In this document: one piece after another, positions 55,601 through 64,000 of the stretch | Position numbering within the stretch: the stretch's first letter is position 1 | Layout: each line of letters starts with the position of its first letter | Assembly (NCBI GenBank): GCA_030141605.1 | Contig: JAQGDQ010002383.1 | Location: 62,001-126,000, forward strand | Direction: 5' to 3' | Length of the DNA: 64,000 nt | DNA from: Tubiluchus corallicola | Taxonomy: Eukaryota > Animalia > Priapulida | Program-made: the position numbers and the translations under genes | Notes under the pieces: generated by a model | Database searches by the model: none | Told to the model about the DNA's origin: nothing | The model's input: the letters and a program-made list of their open reading frames with translations, nothing else

Positions 55601-57765
55601 TAAACTTGCATGTTTTGTATTTGTAAAAAACGCACAAATTTCTCACCTTGGGACCAGTCATCAGGAAATTGTTCACCGTCCTAAAAATAAAAACAAATAG
55701 ATTATTTGTTTTAGGTGTAAATTATTTGCGCATTTCTTGTGTTAAAAATGTCGTGTTAGCTAGTATGCATGACATTGAATTGAATAGAATTTGTTGACTA
55801 ACAGAGATAAAGTATATTAACAATACATCACATACAAAGTTGTAAAGAGTTAGTCCTAATTAATAGCGGTAACGATGAGTCTAAATGGTCAGTCACACGG
55901 ATAAAAACACAGGCTTACAATGAACGAAGTGATTACAACAAAATCATGTCAGATAGTTAAAAATATAAAAAGTTTAACAAATATAACACTCAATTAAAGA
56001 ACTCAATTGAAGAACAAAATTTATAAGACTTATTTGTAGACAACTGTAGCATCAAATGATATAAGAACAGATTGAAGCTGTCATGTGGATACTCGATTGC
56101 TGGATACTGGATCGCCTAATATTGTTACGCATATCATGATGCTATAAACGTTATTAATATATTATATCAACTGCTATAGCTAAACTACGTTTACGTTTTT
56201 CTTATGCTTTAAAAACGAATATTCTGGGGAGGAAGTATCCAAAATCTGCGCTATAATTTAAAAAAAAATAACTCGAAGGTTTTGCGTACTGCTAGGGCAA
56301 AGTAAACGGTTTTAAAGTCGTACTTGTTGTTTGTTAAAATGCTTCTCATAACAATAAATAATAATTATAACTTAGAACGCCAATTATAAATTAATTGCTA
56401 TTAGTACGGCAGTATCTAAAGTTTGCATACGAGATGAATTTTATTTAACTGATAAAATGTACAACCAGGGAAGAAAACTTAGCCTATTTAAATGGTGAAA
56501 AAAAATTCTCAATTTCGTTAACTTTTCAGTTATTTCGATTTTATAATGGTAAAAAATTTCGAATTATTTGAGCAAATTTCAAACCAATTCTTTGATCTGC
56601 TTTGTTTCACATGTTCTTTTATTTTAGGAAATTTAACTACGCCTTTTTGTAATTGTCATAGTGTAAAATGTGGTGATATTCATAATCAAAATTCTACATT
56701 TATTCTAGATTTACCCACAGTTGTATTCATTAATCAAAGAGGTTACTAATGTCACTGTGTTTGTACCGACTAATGACTTTTACCGAGTAAATATAAAGTT
56801 TGGTACTTTGGTGAATTTATCTGCCAACCTTGCTTTTTAAGACTTACTAAATACATCACAATAAGTTTATGAAAATGTATGACGGCTTTGGCTTACCTGC
56901 ACGCACGAATGTTAATTAGGCTGTTTATATAAATATGGCCAATTAGAGATCATACAGGACTATATTCCAAGAATATCGAGGTTTGGTTTTTATTTTATAT
57001 CCGTTTACTTAACCTAATTTTGTCTATGAAACGTCAATAGAAACGTTTTCGTCATCACTTTTAGCCCTTTGACAAAATCCGCGTCATTTGCAATATTGAA
57101 AGTCTAAGTCTATATGCAATATGCAATAGTTTAAGTGACAAGAACTTTTTCTTTTTTTCTCGTTTCATTATTTTATTGATGAAATAACTAATAGTTGGTT
57201 TCACAATTTTTTCTCCTATAGTTATTTTATTCTTAATAAAATAAATCCAAATTGTATATCAAAATTAGGTTGTAAAAATACGCGGGAGTACAAATACTCA
57301 AGTTGTAAATCGAACGTACAAAATAAAGAAAATTATTTGACTGTTTATATAATTATTTATATCAGTCAAAAGTCAACATATGCAAGCTTCGCACTGTAAA
57401 CGCAAATTACAAAACCTGACTGAAATTAATTTCGTGTATTAATCTTTTCTTAAATTGTAAAAATAACATTTAATTTTAAATAATCTAATTACTATTTTCC
57501 TACCAATAATAATAAATGTCGAAAAGCGAATATCTTTGGGATTAACGAATTAATCACCTAGAAAACTAAACATTATTACACAATGAAGCAAATTTTTATA
57601 TATGTACGAAGACAGGTGTATAAACATTTTCGCACAAACGCCCTTTTAAAATATTTAAAAAACTAGTAGAGTGACAAAAACTTACCATGAATACGCACTC
57701 AAACTACAAAAAGATATTAAAAGCAGCGTTTCATGCAACACTTTTAAGTGTCGATATTTGCACAT
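46660..57765 (-). CDS. Wnt8: Wnt8 ligand, 336 aa, 7 coding exons
   Basis: Exons 57765-57686, 55680-55647, 50792-50657, 50109-49987, 49211-49069, 48507-48237 and 46883-46660; GT-AG with consistent phases, 1011 nt. Wnt8-diagnostic [16 protein letters not shown] and [11 protein letters not shown], plus [40 protein letters not shown] and [13 protein letters not shown]. Confidence 0.96.
47412..48190. repeat. (GTAAA)n pentanucleotide microsatellite, degenerating rightward
   Basis: Direct reading. Confidence 0.98.
49317..49473. repeat. (AAACT)n microsatellite
   Basis: Direct reading. Confidence 0.97.
50424..50650. repeat. Graded pentanucleotide array AATGT > AATGC > AATAC > AACAT > AATAT abutting a Wnt8 donor site
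   Basis: Direct reading. Confidence 0.93.
50805..51040. repeat. (GAAT)/(GAAC)/(GACT)n microsatellite
   Basis: Direct reading. Confidence 0.93.
52476..52625. repeat. (TA)n/(TG)n microsatellite
   Basis: Direct reading. Confidence 0.95.
53970..54825. repeat. Apparently perfect 428-bp tandem duplication in Wnt8 intron 2
   Basis: 53970-54397 equals 54398-54825; the offset of 428 was checked at several anchors. Confidence 0.95.
54638..55214. mobile_element. TTAA-flanked MITE (Kolobok-like), copy 3; its 5' part is also duplicated at 54210-54397
   Basis: Colinear with the other two copies; ends CGGTTTTGCTTTAA. Confidence 0.8.
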
Positions 57766-57899
57766 CGTAATTGTTCACAGATAATTAACTTCGTTTTTCT
57801 GTAAATATTTTTTAACAAATTGATATTATCTTCTTCTGCTAATTAATCAACTTGATATCAGTTGTTTCTTTCACCTGATAAGAATCAACATGCAATTTA

Positions 57900-58250
57900 T
57901 CACCTACTGACACCCAACTTACCTGGACCAGAAGGAGGAGTCAGATACCTTCTTAACCAATCACGTCCTGGCGGCATTGATTAGAACAAAGGCAACACCT
58001 ATCAATAACAAAAATAGCTGACGCCGATTCCATAAAGGCACGCTTTCAACTCACAGGTACGGCAGGTAAGTTGTTTTTGTATTGTTCCAGCAAAGAGCAT
58101 CCTTTCCCTTTTTGACCGTATGGGTCTTTTGTCGGAATCTCGGCACCTTTGATGTTTACTTTATTATATATACCTGTACTATATGCTCACCATATTTTTG
58201 TCTCTTACGTAAAAAAATGGCCGTGTGTCATAGTCAGCTTTTGATATGAT
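57900..58250 (-). promoter_or_regulatory. Wnt8 proximal upstream region with TCF/LEF sites and a CCAAT box
   Basis: CCTTTGATG at 58146-58154, AACAAAGG at 57985-57992, CCAATCA at about 57957. Locally higher GC. Confidence 0.55.
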
Positions 58251-58754
58251 CAGAGCCACTGTTTATTAAATTTCTTATTGTAGTAATTATGTAGGCCTAA
58301 ATGTAGCTTTGGTGGATTTTGATTTTAACTCTTATATTATACGTGATTACGTGCCTCAGTTACCCATTGTTAGTGTAGTTAAATATGTGGGCATTCAACT
58401 TAACACAAAATCTTGCAGAGTAAATTTGTTAAAGTTCAAATATTTGTTTTATAATCCAGGTATAGTCATTTGAATTCGATTATAAATCACTTACAAATTA
58501 ATAAATTTTAAAAATTAAACTTGACTGAAAGGCAGAAAATGTGAAAAAGTCGAGATTGAGATTAGACTTATGCTTAAGCGTTACACCAGGCAATCCTTAG
58601 GAACGTAGCAGATTTTAAATAATTATTAATGGCTCATAAGTTAATTATTAGTATTTAATCAATTACACATTGAATTAGTCTCTTAAAGTTCACGTGTTTA
58701 GTAGTTGCTAAACTAATAGAATTAAACTAAGGCCTATCATGATCACAAGAAGCT

Positions 58755-58830
58755 TCATGATCTAGTGGACATAGCGTTCGATTTGTAATACAAAGGACCT
58801 CGGTTCAAATCCACGCTAAATTCTGACTAG
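58755..58830 (+). mobile_element. tRNA-derived SINE head remnant
   Basis: A-box-like TCTAGTGG and B-box GGTTCAAATCC, without a complete cloverleaf. Confidence 0.45.
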
Positions 58831-59536
58831 TTCGCATTTTTCGGCCACGTGTTTTTATTTGTCAGAAACAGATTACAACTTTAATTTCTGTTGGAAGACC
58901 GCCCAGAGTCGCCATTGGGCTTGCTTAGAGCGATTTGTAAAAAAGTCTTTGTTTCAAAAACTCAGTAATTGCCATGTTGTTTTTCCTTGGGCATATCATT
59001 TTATCAATAAAAATTTGCAAGTATCGTTCTGTATTAAATACAATTACACTATCCACTTTCTGTAATTATATGAACTATCCCTGTAATAATACAAGTGAAA
59101 CCGCGTGCTCAGAATGGCACTTGATGGCAGGTGAGGAATACAAATTCAAAGAACCTCTTATCATAAAACAAAAGCTTCCCACATCGATTAGGAAAACTTA
59201 GATACCTCACTTGCTTACTTTTTCTTTTCTCTTTCTCAATAAGAGTATACTGTTTACAGTGATCTCTACGGTGCGCATCAAAGAATTAGCGAATCTATCA
59301 CGGTATTTTCTAAGCAATCACTTTCTAAGCAATGCACCCAAGTCTAAATATGGTTAAATTTCGCAAACCGTACAAAATTAATAATGCTGCTACAGGTAAA
59401 ATGAAAAAGCCATGTTTTTAATACGTAATTCATTTTTAATTACCTTGTGCACTGTGGGTGAACAATTTAAACTAAGACATAAGTTAGTTAGCTGCACTTA
59501 TGATAAGAGCGTAAACATGCAGATGTAAATTGAAAA

Positions 59537-59665
59537 CACACACACACACACACATACACACACACGCACGCGAGCACACGCACTCCCGCATACATGCACA
59601 CACGGACGGACGGACGCGCACGCGCACGCGCACGCACACGCACACACACACACGCACGCACACGC

Positions 59666-59741
<76 letters not shown>
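59537..59741. repeat. (CA)n/(CACG)n/(TA)n microsatellite
   Basis: Direct reading. Confidence 0.95.
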
Positions 59742-59742
<1 letters not shown>

Positions 59743-59857
59743 AACCTTTATTGTAGAAAATATACACTAGTACAGAGTGAAACAAATTACATCATATATA
59801 AAATTAGTGTATAACCAGACAGTGACAGACTGATGAGTGCAATTGTGTCAGTCAGTT

Positions 59858-59969
59858 TAAGTTAAAAATCATAAGAATAAAAGCATTAAAATACTACATT
59901 ACATATCTACAAATTTGTCTATATGTAATATAATATTTTAATGTTTTTATTCTTATGATTTTTAACTTA
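59858..59969. repeat. 112-bp loop-less palindrome formed from a dispersed repeat (sister copy at about 63790-63965)
   Basis: TAAGTTAAAAATCATAAGAATAAAA...ACAAA|TTTGT...TTTTATTCTTATGATTTTTAACTTA, centred at 59913/59914. Confidence 0.92.
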
Positions 59970-61221
59970 GTGAAGCGTTTTAAATAAACAAATAAATAAA
60001 TAAATGACTTTTATGTTCCTGCTTTCTCATTCATGACTTTATCAAAACGTAGAAGTTCTTGCTGATTACAATACGCAGGTTTTCCTGTAATTGCTAAATT
60101 TTACCTGCATTGACAAACTTCAGCTAATTCAAGATGCACCTACAAGAGAAAAATACAAGCTAATCTGTCGCTTTGTAAATCAAGCAAAATAATAAATAAA
60201 ATTTAATTGAATAATGTTGTGTCTTTCATCTCTTCTTTACAGCAGAATAACTATTAAAGTCACACTGCAATATTATTTTATGAGTAAAGATTTAGGTGTT
60301 GTTCACAGATTGCTCAAGTCTTACCTCTCCTTTATAAAATTACTAAAAAAACTGTATAGCTAAATGCTTGTCTTATCAGTATATTAAGAATTATATTATT
60401 TAGTATTATTGTCAAAGTTAGTAGATTTGTTCTTAATCAATAAGCCTAGAAATAATGAAGTTGAACTCAAATCAAAATGTATTTAACTCCTGTTGTTGAT
60501 TAATAGCATTATTAACCCAATGTGTTTTTATCATTTCATAACAATTTTGACCTGTATTTCACATAAAATCTAAATGCAATTTTTAGTTTAATCAAGACTG
60601 ACCTTATTTTGTTGCCCGCTAATTAAACTACATGTATATTCTTTTCTCTGGATTATATGGAAAATGTCATAATTTTAAAAATTACTAATGTTTCCTAAAT
60701 TAAACTGATAACATTAATGCCCACCAGTGTCTAAAAAATCTTTTTATCTATATTCGGTAAAGGATTGCAGTCTAGGTGACTTTATAGTCTTTTCGCTATC
60801 CTTTCTCTAGTTCTAGATCTATCTATACATTTTAACCATTTTTCAAAACTTATTAGAGATTCTTTTATTAATCATGTTTTACTGTAACACTATAAAGAGA
60901 TAAAAAAGTTGAATTTGAATTGTGATATAGGACAGGTCTAATAGGAGCAGATGTCGTACAATGATATAATTTCAGCAAACATTCATAAGAAAATTAGCCG
61001 AATAAATAATAGTTTGAAACCATGCTACACCAGTCAGTAATATATAAAGGATATGAAGAATATGATCCATATGCCAATATTATAATCTGCATTTATGGCA
61101 CCACTGAAGTGTCATGTTATGCAGTCGGGTCGTTGTTCTTTTGAATGAATGCCAGTTTATGGACATTTAAGCAATCGAGCTGCTGACAAACTAAAGGACA
61201 AATGTCAGCAGCTAGAACTAT

Positions 61222-61900
61222 GATAAGATAAGATAAGATAAGATGATATTTATTTTCATCGGTATGATATAAACAGTACATATTTGTAAAACATGAGCTT
61301 AAAGCTCGTAAACCGATATCAAACATAATGTATATGAGCGATAACATGGTAATAATATGTACTTCTTAAAATCTTTTGGATGCCACCAGAGGTATTGGTA
61401 CAAGAAAAATTTATAACTACATAAAAATTTTAGGCAGTAACATTTTCTAAAATTTACACAAAAAGCTATCCAGGTCAATAAAAAATTTTCCTGCCAACAT
61501 TTCAGCATTTAATTACGACTTAACAAAATTGGGAAGTTCGCTGAATTTACAAATGGCACATTTACATGATACACCAGTCCATGACTTAATTAGACGTTTA
61601 AATTCCCCAAGATTTTCGGCCATTCGGAGACAGTTTGGTAATTCATTCCACAATGTGGCTCCATAATAGGAGAAACTTTTCTTGCCATATGTAACACCAT
61701 CATATGTAGGGTGTTCTGCAGTGTTCATTTTTCTGAGGAAGTAGCGGTTTTGCTTTCGTTCCTCTCTATCAGTCCATAAAGATAGGACGGGCAGTTTTTG
61801 GACAAAATCTTGAATACTTCGATAGCAATGAGAAGTTGAAGAGACACAAAATTGTCTTTAAACAATAGATTTTCGTAGGTACTTTCAAAATCAGGTATGC
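61222..61900 (-). mobile_element. 3' fragment of an L2/CR1-group LINE with an (ATCTT)n tail
   Basis: TYGKKSFSYYGATLWNELPNCLRMAENLGEFKRLIKSWTGVSCKCAICK, then a 3' UTR, AATAAA and the microsatellite tail at 61222-61245. Confidence 0.85.
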
Positions 61901-62137
61901 TTTAGCTCCTTTCGACTGGCCTTCTTCCTTTAGCTTAGTTGATTAGCCCCGTCTTCATCTTTTTAGAAAACACATTTATCACAGTTTCACCACCAACATC
62001 AAATGCTATACTCGAAAGCAGATCTAACTGGTAATAGCTATAGTTTTAGTTCCGCTTGATTGTGCCAAACCATATGATCAGAATCAGCGTGCTTCCTCAA
62101 ACGATACTTTCCTTCCAGCGAATTTCTCAACTCCCGT

Positions 62138-62242
62138 GCGCCATCTGCCGGCAGAAGTCGAAAAAATTTCGCGCATGCTGCAGGTATATTGAAGCTGCCT
62201 TGCTTTGCGAATTGCTGAAAATGAAGCTGTTTCCGTGGCAAC
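62138..62242. promoter_or_regulatory. Motif cluster: CTCF-like site, E2F site and RFX X-box
   Basis: CCGGCAGATGGCGC (minus, 62138-62151), TTTCGCGC at about 62167-62174, and GTTTCCGTGGCAAC at 62229-62242, inside a CpG-retaining patch. Confidence 0.5.
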
Positions 62243-62914
62243 GGCAAGGTGCGTGTTGGTGTGATCGCGTAGGGAATTACATTATTCCCGTTTTGGTTTG
62301 GTTATTGTTGTATGATATATGACAAAAAATGCAATAATGCTGATGAGCTTTTGTCACTTTAGTGAATTAACGGCCAAAACATGAAATGCAACAATTTGCT
62401 TATAAAGGTAGGCATTGTTTTGTGTCTAAAAATTCTTTTTATTCTTAAAGTTTTATTCTTATTCTTTGTACATAGTCATGTCCTTGTAATTATTGTTATC
62501 ATAAATTCGGTATTAATTGTAATTACTACCAGGGTTTGTCTCGGTGTACTCGCGTTACAAAAGTACGTATCATTTAGCTCAAGAAATAAAATTTGATTGC
62601 CTTATATAACCACTAGTACGCTTTACTATGTGTTTAAAGCATTTGGATTAAACATGAAAAGGTTAAAAGTTTGTTAGTTTCGCATTAATAAATGCGCAAA
62701 TTCACATTAACTACGAAGTAGGCTTATGAAAACCAAAAAAATACACTTGGATATGAATATGGGCTCTTTTTACAAGTCCAAGCATTTTGGCTCGACACAA
62801 AGTCTTAAATCCATGATACGGTATCACATATATTCGCTACTTTATGAACTATAGGCCTACAGTATCATTCACTTTCCGATTGGTTTCAGAGCTACATTTG
62901 TTTTAATTAATCAT

Positions 62915-63297
62915 TAGGGGTGAGCATCGAACGTTCGAGTTCGAACTCGATTCGAATCCAAAACTGTAGATTCAAATAATTCAGCACTTCAATCACATAT
63001 GTTCCTGATCACTAAAACGATTGAAACAACATGCAATTAGCGTAATTTAGCAGTGATTTCTGTGCACAATTTTAAACAAATTACTAGTCGTTTTATTGCA
63101 GAACAAAATCTAGTGATACACATGATCTTTGTAAGACTAATTTTTACTGGTGGTTCGAAAACTTGTTCGAAAATCATTCAATCTCAATTCGACTTCAGTT
63201 CGAATTTGAAACACTGAAGTTCGGTTAGATTCGAATTCGAAAGTCAGAAATTCGGTTCGATTCGAATTCGCTTTCTGGTAGAGAATGCTCACCCCTA
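62915..63297. mobile_element. hAT-type MITE with TTCGA sub-terminal repeats
   Basis: 13-bp TIR TAGGGGTGAGCAT / ATGCTCACCCCTA; 8-bp TSD TTAATCAT / TTAATCAC. Confidence 0.9.
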
Positions 63298-63317
63298 TTA
63301 ATCACAAGCTGCTGCCT

Positions 63318-63390
63318 GCGCGTAGTGATTTAAGATGTTACACTCGTGACCAAAAGGTCGCCAGTTCAAATCCAAATTCAGTCAGGACTT
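63318..63390 (+). mobile_element. tRNA-derived SINE head remnant
   Basis: GCGTAGTGATTTAAG A-box-like and AGTTCAAATCC B-box-like motifs. Confidence 0.4.
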
Positions 63391-64000
63391 TTATATTTCT
63401 TTCCTTCAGTTAAGTTTGTTCCAAAATTTTAACAACCTTACCTTTGCTGCATAAGTTTTGATAATCTTTAAACTGTGATCGTAGACAGTAAAAAATTGTT
63501 TATTTACTAAATAAACATCAACACAAAACTAACAGCTGAACAGCTTACGTACTTAGTGAACTTTTTAAGAAAATCAACATTTTCATTATCAGTCATTTGC
63601 AGGTTACCAATTAATGCGATTATCTGAGGATATAAAAATGTTATAAAATTTGTTACATGATGGATTATTTATCATACAGAAGATGTTTTTGAAGTTCCAA
63701 AAAAAATTCAAAACTGTATATGTTAAACATATTAGAAACATCAGAATTGATATAAAGTAAGAATGATGAATTTCATTTATCTTTTTCATTTATATATACA
63801 CTGGTACAGAGTAAAGCATTTTACATCATACATAAAATCAGTGTACAACCAGTCAGTGACAGACTGATGTACACTATGTACAGTTGTGTCAGTCAGTCTA
63901 AGTTAAAAATCATAAGAATAAAAACATTAAAATACAACATTACATAACTACAAATTTATCTACATGACGACATGATAGTGACTTATGAAATATGGTAAAT

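Noticed and set aside
56897-56960. Strong CAG|GTAAGC donor in Wnt8 intron 1 as an alternative first coding exon
   Set aside because: The frame compatible with exon 2 has a stop and no ATG.
58755-58830. Functional tRNA genes here and at 28290-28340 and 63318-63390
   Set aside because: Only A/B-box remnants with no complete cloverleaf; treated as SINE heads.

Overview
This is AT-rich, intron-containing animal DNA, most likely from an invertebrate; the species cannot be determined from the sequence. No prokaryotic features are present. From left to right: (1) About 10 kb of fragmented 5S rDNA. It holds one intact, structurally compensated 5S variant (9194-9312), a chimeric copy, inverted and relic pseudocopies, and a truncated copy that runs directly into a 17-bp satellite. 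Interleaved with these are a spliced gene for a 103-aa secreted Gly/Tyr/Arg-rich peptide, a LINE fragment and an orphan C-type lectin exon. (2) A cluster of three 6-exon CYP2-clan cytochrome P450 paralogs. CYP-A (minus strand) is intact. CYP-B (plus strand) is head-to-head with CYP-A and has a truncated exon 3, so it is probably a young pseudogene. CYP-C (plus strand) is intact, and its exon-5 splice donor has been amplified 7 times. (3) A complete 7-exon Wnt8 gene on the minus strand with TCF/LEF sites upstream. Introns and spacers carry many hAT, Harbinger-like and Kolobok-like MITEs, LINE and SINE remnants, micro- and minisatellites, two long fold-back hairpins and a degenerate hammerhead-like motif. 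All exon boundaries were read by eye (GT-AG, phases checked); no database search was run.
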